Positions 10,900-20,572 of a stretch of DNA of 64,000 nt are shown one piece after another. The position numbers and the translations under genes are program-made. Location: the NCBI GenBank assembly GCA_963850385.1, contig CAWKKS010000001.1:1774877-1838876 (forward strand), given 5' to 3'. The stretch's first letter is position 1; every line of letters begins with the position of its first letter. Under the pieces are notes generated by a model. It did not search any database. It saw only the letters and a program-made list of their open reading frames with translations, and was not told where the DNA came from. This DNA is from Candidatus Dormiibacterota bacterium. Lineage in GTDB: Bacteria > Chloroflexota > Dormibacteria > Aeolococcales > Aeolococcaceae.

Positions 10900-12146
10900 G
10901 ACAGATAGGCGAGCGGGTTGCGCGGCGTGTTGTTGAGGTCCACCTCGAAGTGCAGGTGGCAACCCGTGCTGTTCCCCGTGCTGCCCTCGTAGCCGATCAG
11001 CTGGCCGCGGTGCACCGTCTGCCCGTCGCCGATGACAAAGGCCGACATGTGGCCGTACACCGAGACCCAGCCGTTGCCGTGGACGATGATGACGTGGTCA
11101 CCGAACCCGTAGCTGCTGTAGTACGTGTGCGCGATGCCGCTGTCCGCGGCGGTGATGTCGTTGCCGCAGGGGGCGGCGATGTCGAGGCCGCTGTGGAAAT
11201 GCCTCGTCGAGCAGTTGGGATCGTATGGCTCGAACGGGTAGGTGGTGCATCCGAATCCCTGGGTGATCGGCCCCGTCTCCGGCCAGGCGAAGTGACCATT
11301 GCCGCCACCCGCCGCAAGCGCAGCCGCCTCCTGCGCCTGCAGCTGGGCGATCTGTGCGTTGAGCTCCCTGGTCGCCTGCTCCATCTGGGCCAGCTCTCGC
11401 TGGTCACGCGCCTGGAGTGCGACGAGTTGCTGCTGCGCGGCTTGACGGGTCGCCACGGCGTCCGCGAGCTGGGTGACGATCCCGGCAAGCGTCGCCACCA
11501 GCTGGGTCTGCTGCGCGCGCTGGGCCGCGATCCGGCTGACGTCGGCCTCCACCGCCTGCTCGTCCGAGGTGATCGTCGCGATCAGCTGCTGTTCGCTGGA
11601 GCTGAGCCGGTGGACGTCGAGCACGTGCTGCCAGAGGCTGTTGAAGTCGCCCGAGCTGAGGAAGTTCGAGAAGTCGTTGGAGGCGTTCTGCGCCTTGTAC
11701 ATGACCACCACCTCGAGCAGCAGCTGGCGCCGCTCCAGGGCGAGGTGAGCCTGGGTGGTGGCGAGGTTCGCCTGCGCGTCGGCGAGCTGACCGTTGATCA
11801 AGGCGAGCTGCTTGCGAGCGGCGGCGACCTGCCCCTGCGTCTGCGCGACCTGGCTGTCGAGGTCGGCGATCGCCTTCTGGAGCGCTGCCTCCTGGTTGGC
11901 GGCCGCGGCGAGCTCGGCGCGCAGCCGCGCCATTGAGGCTCCATCAGCCGACAGCGCCCGCTTGGCGGCGCCGATCTTGTCGGTGATGCCATCGGCGGTG
12001 GCCGGGCGTTGCTCGACGCCGAGCGTGGCGACCGCGACCATCGCGGCGCAGAGCACCACCGTCACGGCGGCACGCGCCAGGCGTCGCGGCCGGCCGAACC
12101 GGGGCGCGTCAGGCTGCGGGATGTGCGGTGTGGTGCTCATATGCAT
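10896..12146 (-). CDS. Coiled-coil + M23 peptidase (FtsEX-associated murein hydrolase)
   Basis: Signal peptide, long coiled coil, HSGLD and HLH zinc motifs intact; directly downstream of ftsX. Confidence 0.88.
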   Translation of the reverse strand: MHMSTTPHIPQPDAPRFGRPRRLARAAVTVVLCAAMVAVATLGVEQRPATADGITDKIGAAKRALSADGASMARLRAELAAAANQEAALQKAIADLDSQVAQTQGQVAAARKQLALINGQLADAQANLATTQAHLALERRQLLLEVVVMYKAQNASNDFSNFLSSGDFNSLWQHVLDVHRLSSSEQQLIATITSDEQAVEADVSRIAAQRAQQTQLVATLAGIVTQLADAVATRQAAQQQLVALQARDQRELAQMEQATRELNAQIAQLQAQEAAALAAGGGNGHFAWPETGPITQGFGCTTYPFEPYDPNCSTRHFHSGLDIAAPCGNDITAADSGIAHTYYSSYGFGDHVIIVHGNGWVSVYGHMSAFVIGDGQTVHRGQLIGYEGSTGNSTGCHLHFEVDLNNTPRNPLAYLS

Positions 12147-12168
12147 GCAGTGACGTTGTGGAGGACGG

Positions 12169-13065
12169 TCAGGCGGCGAGGAAGCGGCGCACCCCCAGGT
12201 AGCTGCCGATGGCGCCGATGACCGCTCCGCCCACGAAGAGGCCGGCGATCACGACGATGGTGAAGAGCCCGTCAAATGGGATGGCGAACAGCGCGCCCGA
12301 CGTCAGTGACACCACCAGCCGGTAGACACCGAGGACGACCAGGCCGGCGAGGACGGCACCGAGGACGCCACCGAAGATCCCCTCGAGGAGGAACGGCCAG
12401 CGCACGAACCAGTCGGTCGCACCGACCAGCTTCATGATCTCGATCTCGGTGCGGCGGGCGTACACCGCCGTGCGGATCGTGTTCATGATGATCACCAGGC
12501 TGACCACCAGCAGCATCAGCGAGACGAAGCCCACCACCCCCTCGATGATGTTGATCGCCGCCTGGATCTTGGGGGTGACGTCGGGGTTGTAGTCGGTCGG
12601 TTGGGTGGCGTCGACGATGGGGCTGCTGCGCGCCACCTGGTTGAGCTGGACCAGGTAGCGCAGCTGCTTGACGTCGACGTTGAGCGAGGCCGGGAGCGGG
12701 TTGCTGCCCAGCGCGGTCACGGCGGTGGCGATGTCGGTGCCCTTGCTGGCGGCCTCCTGGAACGCCTGGTCCTTGTTCTCGAAGCTGACCGCGAGCACAC
12801 GTGGGTCGCCCTGGAGCTGGTGCTGGAAGTTGGCGATGTCGGCGAGCGAGATCCCGTCCTGGATGTAGATCTTCAGCTTGCTGGCCCGCGACTCCTGGTC
12901 CCTGAGCACGTTGGTCAGCAGGTGGGTGCCGAGCGCCAGCGCGCCGACCAGCACCAGGATCAGCCCCATCGTGCAGACGCCGGCGAGGGAGACGCCGAGG
13001 TTGCGCCGGAAGTTCTGCAGCGACGAGCGCACCGCGAACCAGAAGGCGGAGATGAAGCGCCTCAT
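12169..13065 (-). CDS. ftsX: Cell division permease FtsX
   Basis: NPLPAS, NTIR.AVYARRTEIEIMKLVGATDWFVRWPFLLEG. Confidence 0.93.
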   Translation of the reverse strand: MRRFISAFWFAVRSSLQNFRRNLGVSLAGVCTMGLILVLVGALALGTHLLTNVLRDQESRASKLKIYIQDGISLADIANFQHQLQGDPRVLAVSFENKDQAFQEAASKGTDIATAVTALGSNPLPASLNVDVKQLRYLVQLNQVARSSPIVDATQPTDYNPDVTPKIQAAINIIEGVVGFVSLMLLVVSLVIIMNTIRTAVYARRTEIEIMKLVGATDWFVRWPFLLEGIFGGVLGAVLAGLVVLGVYRLVVSLTSGALFAIPFDGLFTIVVIAGLFVGGAVIGAIGSYLGVRRFLAA

Positions 13066-13817
13066 ATCGTCGCCTCACCCTCGCGCAGGTACCGCCCCTC
13101 CTGCTCGTCGCGGATCACCCGGCCGCCGTCGATGGCGATGACGCGGCGCCGGACCAGGTCGACGACCTCGCGGTTGTGCGTGGCCATGAGCACCGTGGTG
13201 CCGCGGTGGTTGATCTGCAACAGCAGCTGCACGATGCCCCACGAGGTGTCGGGGTCGAGGTTGCCGGTCGGCTCGTCGGCGAGGAAGATGCGGGGCCGGG
13301 TCACCAGCGCGCGGGCGATGGCCACGCGCTGCTGCTCGCCGCCGCTGAGCTCATCGGGGAACTTCTCGATCTTGTCCTCGAGCCCGACGATCCACAGCGT
13401 CTCCTCCACCTTCTCGCGCATGTGGCGCTGCCCGGGCCGGGTGACCTGCAGCGCGAACGCCACGTTCTGACCGACGGTGAGCGTGGGCAGCAGCTTGAAG
13501 TCCTGGAAGACGATGCCGAACTTGCGGCGCAGCTTGGGCAGGCGGCGGTGTGGCATGCGCGTCACCTCCTGCCCGTCGACGAAGATCCGTCCGCTGCTGG
13601 CCGGCTCGTCACGGATCAGCAGCCGCACCAGTGTCGACTTGCCGGCGCCGCTGGCGCCGACCAGGAAGACGAAGTCGCGCTGGTAGATGGCGAGGTCGAC
13701 ATCGCGCAGCGCGACGGTGCCGCTGGGGTACGTCTTGCCGACGCCGTGGAAGCTGATCACCGGCCGCAGCGCGGGATCGCTTGCCAGCGCAGGGCGCTGC
13801 GCCAGGGCCACGCTCAC
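13062..13817 (-). CDS. ftsE: Cell division ATP-binding protein FtsE
   Basis: GASGAGKST, VFQDFKLL, LSGGEQQR, ADEPTGNLD; start GTG at 13817 chosen for upstream GGGGA (alternative 13889). Confidence 0.92.
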   Translation of the reverse strand: MSVALAQRPALASDPALRPVISFHGVGKTYPSGTVALRDVDLAIYQRDFVFLVGASGAGKSTLVRLLIRDEPASSGRIFVDGQEVTRMPHRRLPKLRRKFGIVFQDFKLLPTLTVGQNVAFALQVTRPGQRHMREKVEETLWIVGLEDKIEKFPDELSGGEQQRVAIARALVTRPRIFLADEPTGNLDPDTSWGIVQLLLQINHRGTTVLMATHNREVVDLVRRRVIAIDGGRVIRDEQEGRYLREGEATI

Positions 13818-14041
13818 GCGGCGTCCCCGGGGCGCGCGAGTCCAGCGGATGCGCGCCGGCGCCGCAGCGGGCGCACCGAGGGGGCGCACCTGTAGACACG
13901 ATCAGCGTCGATGTTCACGGCGGGGAATCCCAGCCCCGGCAGGCCCTACTCCTCTCCCGCCCAGCCGGGTGGGTCGGTGGGAGGTTCCCCCGGTTCGCGC
14001 GGGTCGTGGAGCGAATTGAGACCGGTGAAGGAACGCGGCCG

Positions 14042-14047
14042 AGTATA
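14042..14047 (-). promoter_or_regulatory. -10 element (TATACT) of a putative ftsE promoter, followed by a ~220-nt leader
   Basis: TATACT on the minus strand in the prfB-ftsE intergenic region. Confidence 0.5.
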
Positions 14048-14143
14048 CGACCAGTCCTCCGGATGCTCCGTTCTGCGCGACACATCCGCGACATCCAGGG
14101 CCTGTTTGTGGCGGCCGTTCGCCGTGTTCGCACCGTCTGCCAC

Positions 14144-15251
14144 TTACGCCGCGGTCTCTCGTGCCGACCAGCGCAGGTAGGCCTCCATGAAGGGGTCGAG
14201 GTTGCCATCCAGCACCGACTGCGCGTTGCCCACCTCCGCCCCGGTGCGGTGGTCCTTGACCATCGTGTAGGGGTGCAGCACGTAGGAGCGGATCTGGCTC
14301 CCCCACTCCGCCGGCATCGACTCGCCGCGCAGCTCAGCGACGTGTTCGGCGTGTGCCGCCTGCTTGAGGGCGAGCAGCCTCGAGCGCAGCACGCGCCAGG
14401 CGACATCGCGGTTCTGGTGCTGCGAACGTTCGTTCTGGCAGGTGACCACCACGCCCGTGGGGATGTGCGTCAGGCGGATCGCCGACGACGTCTTGTTGAC
14501 GTGCTGCCCACCCGCGCCGCTGCTGCGGTACACGTCCTCGCGCACGTCCTTGGGGTCGATGTCGATGTCCACGGCGTCCTCGATCTCCGGCGTCACCTCG
14601 ACGAGCGCGAACGATGTGTGGCGGCGCGCGGCTGAATCGAAGGGACTGATGCGGACCAGGCGATGAACCCCGCGCTCGCTCTTGAGCAGGCCGAAGGCGT
14701 GCGGACCGGTGATGCGCAGGGTCGCCGACTTGATGCCCGCCTCATCGCCGGGTGACTCGTCGATGAACTCGGCTGTGTACTTGCGCTCCTCCGCCCAGCG
14801 CAGGTACATGCGCATCAGCATCTCCGCCCAGTCCTGCGAGTCGGTGCCGCCGGCGCCCGCGTGGATGCCCACGATGGCCGGGTTCTCGCTGTACGGGTCG
14901 CTGTAGAGCAGCTCCAGCTCGCGGCGATCCAGCTCCTTCTCGAGCACGTCGAGCTCTGAGGAGACCTCCGCGGTCACCACCTCGTCGGGATCGGCTTCCA
15001 CCATCTCGCCGAGGTCCACGGCGTCGGCGGTTCGTCTCTCGATGTCGGAGACGGCCGCGATCTCCTCGCGCAGCCGTGAGGCCTCCTGGGTCATGGTCGC
15101 GGCAGAACGCGGGTCATCCCACAGCGCCGGGTCGTTGATGGCGACGTCGAGCTCGCGCAGGCGCGCTCGTTTGGCGTCCAGGTCAAAGGTGGCCGAGCAG
15201 CTCGTCTGCCCTGGCCTTGATCTCCTGTGCACGCGTCGACAGCTCGCCCAT
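14144..15251 (-). CDS. prfB: Peptide chain release factor 2 with programmed +1 frameshift
   Basis: ATG at 15251, MGELSTRAQEIKARADELLGHL, then CTT TGA C (15188-15182), continuing DLDAKRARL; SPF and GGQ motifs. Confidence 0.95.
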
Positions 15252-15439
15252 GAGGACCGAGTGTACCGGGCACCGGAGGGCGGACCGCACCACCCGGCCA
15301 GGCTGAAGCGACCTCGGTGCAGCGCAGCGACTGCCGGCGCCGCTGCGCCGACCCGCCACCCCGGTGCGCTAAGCTCGGTCTGAACGTCGCGATGACCGTG
15401 GGGGCACGGGCCGTGACACCGCGTCAACATGAGGTGCGT

Positions 15440-15547
15440 ATGCTCGCATTCAGAATTTTCGGAACCAAGGAAATCATCGTTTACGTCGTCGTGATCGTCC
15501 TCATCATCGCCGGCGCCATCTACATGCGCACACGGTCCCGCCCCTAA
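15440..15547 (+). CDS. 35-aa single-TM microprotein A
   Basis: GAGGTG SD; MLAFRIFGTKEIIVYVVVIVLIIAGAIYMRTRSRP; paralogue at 16262. Confidence 0.75.
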   Translation: MLAFRIFGTKEIIVYVVVIVLIIAGAIYMRTRSRP

Positions 15548-15591
15548 GGGCGGTCGGACAGCGCCATCGAACCACTGCGTACCATCGCCGA

Positions 15592-16107
15592 ATGAGCGGT
15601 GTCCTTTCGGTTCCTGACCAGCGTGAGAATCCGCCCTCGGGGCGTGATGAGCGCGAAACCCTCATCGCCTTCATCGACAGCTATCGCGACGCCGTCCTGA
15701 TCAAGCTGGATGGCCTCGACCGCGAACAACTGTGCCGACGCTTGCTGCCGTCCCGCACCACGCTGCTGGGCATCGTCAAGCACCTCATCCTCGTCGAGGA
15801 ATGGTGGTTCGAGTGCGTGCTGGCCGGTGGTCCCGAGCCGTACGAGGATCCTGATGACCCCGACTCGGAATGGCTGATCACCGAGGCGGACGATCCTGCG
15901 GCCATCGTGGCCGAGTACCGCGCACGGTGCGCGCGCAGCAATGAGATCGCTCGATCGCTGCCCACGCTCGACGTTCGCGGACCGGGACCGCACCGCCCCG
16001 AGATCACCGCGCGGTGGGTCCTCGTGCACATGGTCGACGAGACTGCGCGCCACGCCGGCCACGCCGACATCATCCGCGAGCTGATCGACGGCCGCACCGG
16101 CGAGTAG
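15592..16107 (+). CDS. DinB/DUF664 family protein
   Basis: TLLGIVKHL..VE..W and HMVDETARHAGHADI.RE.IDG; TACCAT 6 nt before ATG (leaderless). Confidence 0.88.
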   Translation: MSGVLSVPDQRENPPSGRDERETLIAFIDSYRDAVLIKLDGLDREQLCRRLLPSRTTLLGIVKHLILVEEWWFECVLAGGPEPYEDPDDPDSEWLITEADDPAAIVAEYRARCARSNEIARSLPTLDVRGPGPHRPEITARWVLVHMVDETARHAGHADIIRELIDGRTGE

Positions 16108-16261
16108 GTCGGCCCTCAGCCGCCCAGGGCAGGCACGCCAACCAGGACGGTGGCGACCGGGGCTGCGTCGCGGGCGCGACATCACGGCGGCTACGCTAAG
16201 CTCGCGCGGCGCGCGGCCGAACGCGTCGCATCAGCGCGCCATCGAGGAGGGAGAGATTCGC

Positions 16262-16369
16262 ATGCTGGCATTGAGCCTCACCGGGACCAAGGCGATCATC
16301 GCCTACGTCATCGTCATCGTCATCGTCGTTGTCGCCATCGGGATGTACTACACCCGCGGTCGCCGCTAG
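16262..16369 (+). CDS. 35-aa single-TM microprotein B (absent from ORF track)
   Basis: GAGGAGGGAG SD; MLALSLTGTKAIIAYVIVIVIVVVAIGMYYTRGRR; 16/35 identical to microprotein A without gaps. Confidence 0.75.
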   Translation: MLALSLTGTKAIIAYVIVIVIVVVAIGMYYTRGRR

Positions 16370-16378
16370 GGCGCGTTC

Positions 16379-19321
16379 TCAGCGGCCGTGGCAGAGCTTG
16401 TACTTCCTGCCGCTGCCGCAGGGGCACGGCTCGTTGCGCCCCACCTTGCGCTTGCCGGTGCCGACCGCAACACCGCCTGACGGTACGGCCGGGGCGGAGG
16501 CGCCGCCACCCCCGTTGCCCGGGGTGGCCAGTGAGCGAGTCCCGGCAGAGGACGACTCGACGATGTTGGTCAGCGCCGGCTGCGCCAGCGGGCTGAGCGG
16601 CGCCGGCCGGGGCGCGCCGGTGGCGCGGGCGAGCGCGGCGCTGGCGGCCGCAGCAGCGGGGCGTGCGGGTGGGGGCGCGTCCTCGGACATCACTGCCCCG
16701 GCGCTGTCGGCACGGCCGCCGCGTGGAGCGACGGCCTCACTGGCGGCGTCGGTGGGATCGCTCGGGGCGGTCTCGACGCGCTGGATCTGCACGTGCATGA
16801 GCAGGCGAACGATGTCGGCCTTGATGTCGGCGGTGAGCCCCTGGAACGACTCGAACGCTGCCTGCTTGTACTCCACCAGCGGGTCCTTCTGACCGTACGC
16901 CTGGAGATTGATGCCCTCACGCAGGTGCTCCATGTCGGTGAGGTAGGCGCGCCACTTGGTGTCGATCACGTTGAGCATCAACGACTGCTCAACCGAGCGC
17001 ATCAGCTCGGCGCCGTACTGCTGCTCACGCTCCTCGTACAGCGCGGTCATCTCGCCCACCAGCGTGTCCGCGATGTCGTCGACGCCGTCGCCCAGGCTGT
17101 CGAGGTTGACCGTCTCCAGCTCCGGCAGCGGCGCGATCTGGCGCATCCGCTCCCAGAGGCCCTCGAGGTCCCAGTTCTCGCGGTGCCGGCCCTCGCAGTA
17201 GCCGGGAACCTCGTCGCGCACCGTCTGCTCCAGCATCGACATCAGGTTCTCGCGGGTGTCGGTGCCCTCGAGGATCTTGCGACGTTCGCCGTAGATGATC
17301 TCGCGCTGCTTGTTCATGACGTCGTCGTACTCGACGACGTAGCGCCGGGCGTCGAAGTTGGAGCCCTCGACGCGCGATTGCGCGCCCTCGATCTGCCGCG
17401 AGACCAGGCGGTTCTCGATGGGCACGTCCTCCTCGATGTGGAGGCGGTCCATGATCCCCTGCATCCGCTCGCCACCGAAGACGCGCATCAGGTCGTCCTC
17501 GAAGGAGAGGAAGAAGCGGGTCTCGCCGGGGTCACCCTGGCGGCCGGCGCGACCGCGCAACTGGTTGTCGATGCGCCGTGACTCGTGCCGCTCGGTGCCG
17601 ATGATGTAGAGGCCGCCGATGTCGGTCACCCCCTCACCCAGCACGATGTCGGTGCCGCGACCGGCCATGTTGGTGGCGATGGTCACCGAGCCGCGTTGCC
17701 CGGCGTCGGCCACGATCTGCGCCTCGCTCTCGTGGAACTTGGCGTTGAGCACGCTGTGCGGGATGCCCCGCTTCTCGAGGAGTCGGGACAGACGCTCGCT
17801 CTTCTCGATGCTGGTGGTGCCGACCAGCACCGGCTGTCCCACCGTGTGGCGCTCGGCGATCTCCTCGCCCACCGCCTTGAACTTGGCCTCCTCGTTCTTG
17901 TAGATCAGGTCGGTCTCGTCATTGCGGATCATCGGCTGGTTGGTGGGGATCGGCACCACCTCGAGCTTGTAGATCTTGTCGAACTCCTCCGCCTCGGTCA
18001 GCGCGGTGCCGGTCATGCCGGCCAGCTTGTCGTAGAGGCGGAAGAAGTTCTGGAAGGTGATCGTCGCCAGCGTGATGTTCTCCTGCTGGACCTTGACGCC
18101 CTCCTTGGCCTCGATGGCCTGGTGGAGGCCGTCCGACCAGCGCCGCCCGGGCATGGTGCGACCGGTGAACTCGTCGACGATGATCACCTCGCCGTCGCGC
18201 ACGATGTAGTCGCGGTCGCGCAGGTAGAGCGCATGCGCCTTGAGCGCCTGGTTGATCTGGTGCGCCTCGGCGACGTGCTCGAGGTCGTAGACGTTCTTGA
18301 TGCCCGTCCACTTCTCGATCTTGGCAACGCCCTCGTCAGTGAGCGCGGCCGACTTCGACTTCTCGTCGATGGTGAAGTCGTCCTCGACGACCAGGCGCGG
18401 GATCAGCCGCGCGTAGGTGTAGTACTTCTCGGTGGGCTCGTTGCCCTGGCCGCTGATGATCAGCGGGGTGCGCGCCTCGTCGACGAGGATGGAGTCGACC
18501 TCGTCCACGATCGCGTAGTGGAGATGACGCTGCACGCAGCGGTCGAGCGACTGGGCCATGTTGTCGCGCAGGTAGTCGAAGCCGAGCTCGTTGTTGGTGG
18601 CGTAGGTGATGTCGGCGGCGTAGGCCTCGCGCCGCGAGCACGGGCGCAGGTGCTGCAGGCGCGGGTCAGGGTGGGTCTCGTCGAGGTAGTCGGGGTCGTA
18701 GATGTAGCCGAAGTCGGGGTTGTCGACAGGGCCGGGAACGATCACCGCCACGCTCATGCCGAGCGCGGCATACAGCGGGGCGTTCCAGCCGGCGTCGCGG
18801 CGGGCCAGGTAGTCGTTGACGGTGACCAGGTGGGCCCCGCGACCCTCGAGGGCGTTGAGGTACAGCGGCAGCGTGGCGACCAGCGTCTTGCCCTCTCCGG
18901 TGCGCATCTCGGCGATGCGCCCCTGGTGCAGAACGATGCCCCCGATGAGCTGCACGTCGTAGTGGCGCATCCCCAGGGTGCGGCGGGCGGCCTCACGCAC
19001 CACCGCGAACGCCTCGGGCAGCAGGTCGTCGAGGCCGCGCCGGCGCTCGGCGACGCGCTCGGCGGCCTCCTTGCGGGCGTACTCCGTGGCGGCGTCCTCC
19101 TCATCGCTGCCGCGCAGGCTCTGGGAGAAGGTCTGGCCGAAGGTGAGGTCGGGCCCGGTCACGCCGAGGCGGGCACGGAGGTCATCGGTCTTGGCGCGCA
19201 GCTCGGCGTCACTGAGCGCCTGCAGCTCCGGCTCAAACGCGTTGATCCGGTCGACGGCGCCGCGGTGCCGCCTGATCTCGCGGTTGATCGGGTCGCCGAG
19301 GATCTTGGTGAGAACGGGCAT
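16379..19321 (-). CDS. secA: Preprotein translocase ATPase SecA
   Basis: [38 protein letters not shown]-terminal [13 protein letters not shown]; ATG at 19321. Confidence 0.97.
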   Translation of the reverse strand: MPVLTKILGDPINREIRRHRGAVDRINAFEPELQALSDAELRAKTDDLRARLGVTGPDLTFGQTFSQSLRGSDEEDAATEYARKEAAERVAERRRGLDDLLPEAFAVVREAARRTLGMRHYDVQLIGGIVLHQGRIAEMRTGEGKTLVATLPLYLNALEGRGAHLVTVNDYLARRDAGWNAPLYAALGMSVAVIVPGPVDNPDFGYIYDPDYLDETHPDPRLQHLRPCSRREAYAADITYATNNELGFDYLRDNMAQSLDRCVQRHLHYAIVDEVDSILVDEARTPLIISGQGNEPTEKYYTYARLIPRLVVEDDFTIDEKSKSAALTDEGVAKIEKWTGIKNVYDLEHVAEAHQINQALKAHALYLRDRDYIVRDGEVIIVDEFTGRTMPGRRWSDGLHQAIEAKEGVKVQQENITLATITFQNFFRLYDKLAGMTGTALTEAEEFDKIYKLEVVPIPTNQPMIRNDETDLIYKNEEAKFKAVGEEIAERHTVGQPVLVGTTSIEKSERLSRLLEKRGIPHSVLNAKFHESEAQIVADAGQRGSVTIATNMAGRGTDIVLGEGVTDIGGLYIIGTERHESRRIDNQLRGRAGRQGDPGETRFFLSFEDDLMRVFGGERMQGIMDRLHIEEDVPIENRLVSRQIEGAQSRVEGSNFDARRYVVEYDDVMNKQREIIYGERRKILEGTDTRENLMSMLEQTVRDEVPGYCEGRHRENWDLEGLWERMRQIAPLPELETVNLDSLGDGVDDIADTLVGEMTALYEEREQQYGAELMRSVEQSLMLNVIDTKWRAYLTDMEHLREGINLQAYGQKDPLVEYKQAAFESFQGLTADIKADIVRLLMHVQIQRVETAPSDPTDAASEAVAPRGGRADSAGAVMSEDAPPPARPAAAAASAALARATGAPRPAPLSPLAQPALTNIVESSSAGTRSLATPGNGGGGASAPAVPSGGVAVGTGKRKVGRNEPCPCGSGRKYKLCHGR

Positions 19322-19983
19322 CAGGCTCCAATTCTCGCAGGGGATGAGCGCACGGGCGCGTCCCGCGACACCACCGCTGCGAGCACGGCGACCTCCACGC
19401 GGGCCGCACCGCCGTCGGCCAGCGCCTGCCGTGCGGCCTCCGTGGTGGCGCCGGTGGTGAGGACGTCGTCGATCAACCACACCCGCGCCCCCCTCGCGGG
19501 CGGGGTTGGCGCGAACGCGCCGGCGACGCTGCCCAACCGGGCCGCCCGGTCGAGCGTGGTCTGCGGCGGCGTGTCCCGCCGCCGCTCCAGCAGCTCGGCG
19601 GTGGGCAGGCGATGGAAGCCGGCGAAGGCGGCGGCGACGACGGAGGCCTGGTTGTAGCCGCGCTGGGCACGGCGCCGGGTCGCCAGCGGCACGGCGACCA
19701 CGACCGACCCCGGGGGCGGCCGCAGCCGCGGCGCACCGATCCACGCCAGGGCCCGCAGGGCGCTGCGGCAGTCCCGGAACTTGCCGTGGTGGATGACGTG
19801 GCGCACCTCGGTCTCGTAGGCGAACGCGGCGCGCACGCCGGCGAGCAGCGGTGCCGGCGTCGCCTCGATGGCCGCGACGCACGCCTCGCACAGAGCGTGG
19901 CCGGCGTCCCCACACGCCGCGCAGCGAACCGGCGCCACCGCGTCGAGCGCCAGGGAACGGAGCCGCGAAGCCAACTCATACAC
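19321..19983 (-). CDS. comF: ComF family phosphoribosyltransferase-like protein
   Basis: CAAC...LCEAC zinc ribbon, [17 protein letters not shown]; TGATG overlap with secA. Confidence 0.85.
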   Translation of the reverse strand: MYELASRLRSLALDAVAPVRCAACGDAGHALCEACVAAIEATPAPLLAGVRAAFAYETEVRHVIHHGKFRDCRSALRALAWIGAPRLRPPPGSVVVAVPLATRRRAQRGYNQASVVAAAFAGFHRLPTAELLERRRDTPPQTTLDRAARLGSVAGAFAPTPPARGARVWLIDDVLTTGATTEAARQALADGGAARVEVAVLAAVVSRDAPVRSSPARIGA

Positions 19984-19994
19984 AGTTGTGTATG
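19977..19994. promoter_or_regulatory. Perfect 8-2-8 palindrome CATACACA-GT-TGTGTATG (operator candidate)
   Basis: AT-rich inverted repeat overlapping the comF start in the divergent comF/VOC intergenic region. Confidence 0.55.
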
Positions 19995-20119
19995 GTGGCG
20001 CGCAACCCCAGCCCGCGCCCGGACAGATGGGCTGCGCCGGGGGATGGCGGCTCAGGGAACGTCCTCGCGCCCACCGCACCGGTCTCAGCTCCCAGCGGCC
20101 GCCTACGATTGGCGCAACG

Positions 20120-20536
20120 ATGGAGCAGCGCGTCTCGCTGATCACCCTGGGCGTCGCTGAGATCGAGCGCGCCCGCTCCTTCTACGAGTCGCTCGGCTGG
20201 AAGGGCGAATCACCCGACGGCGAAGTGGTCTTCTTCCAGGCCGGCTGCATGATCGTGGGGCTGTGGAGCCGCGAGCTCCTGGCGGCGGACAGCGCGGTGA
20301 CCGACAACGGCGGCTGGGGTGGCGTCACCCTGGCCCACAACGTCGACTCCCCGGCGGCGGTCGACGACCTCGTGGCGCGAGCCGTGGCGGCGGGGGCGAC
20401 CATCGGGCGAGCCCCCGGGCCCACCGTGTGGGGCGGCTACACCGGCGTGTTCATCGACCCCGACGGCCACCCCTGGGAGGTCGCGCACAATCCCGGCTGG
20501 CGGCTGGGCGCCGACGGGTCGGCCAACCTGCACTGA
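20120..20536 (+). CDS. VOC/glyoxalase family protein
   Basis: MEQRVSLITLGV...FYE.LGW, TLAHNV, WGGYTGVFIDPDGHPWEVAHNP. Confidence 0.88.
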   Translation: MEQRVSLITLGVAEIERARSFYESLGWKGESPDGEVVFFQAGCMIVGLWSRELLAADSAVTDNGGWGGVTLAHNVDSPAAVDDLVARAVAAGATIGRAPGPTVWGGYTGVFIDPDGHPWEVAHNPGWRLGADGSANLH

Positions 20537-20572
20537 TGCCGGCCGCCGTTGGGCTTGCCACCGGTGAGATCT

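Noticed and set aside
13946-14143. 65-aa ORF immediately after prfB
   Set aside because: Spans a hairpin, the -10 element and the ftsE leader; weak codon bias and no motif
15252-15430. Long N-terminal extension of RF2 in the ORF track
   Set aside because: Artefact of the programmed frameshift; real start is 15251 in another frame
19322-19915. Apparent 198-aa N-terminal extension of SecA
   Set aside because: Overlaps comF in another frame; SecA begins at 19321
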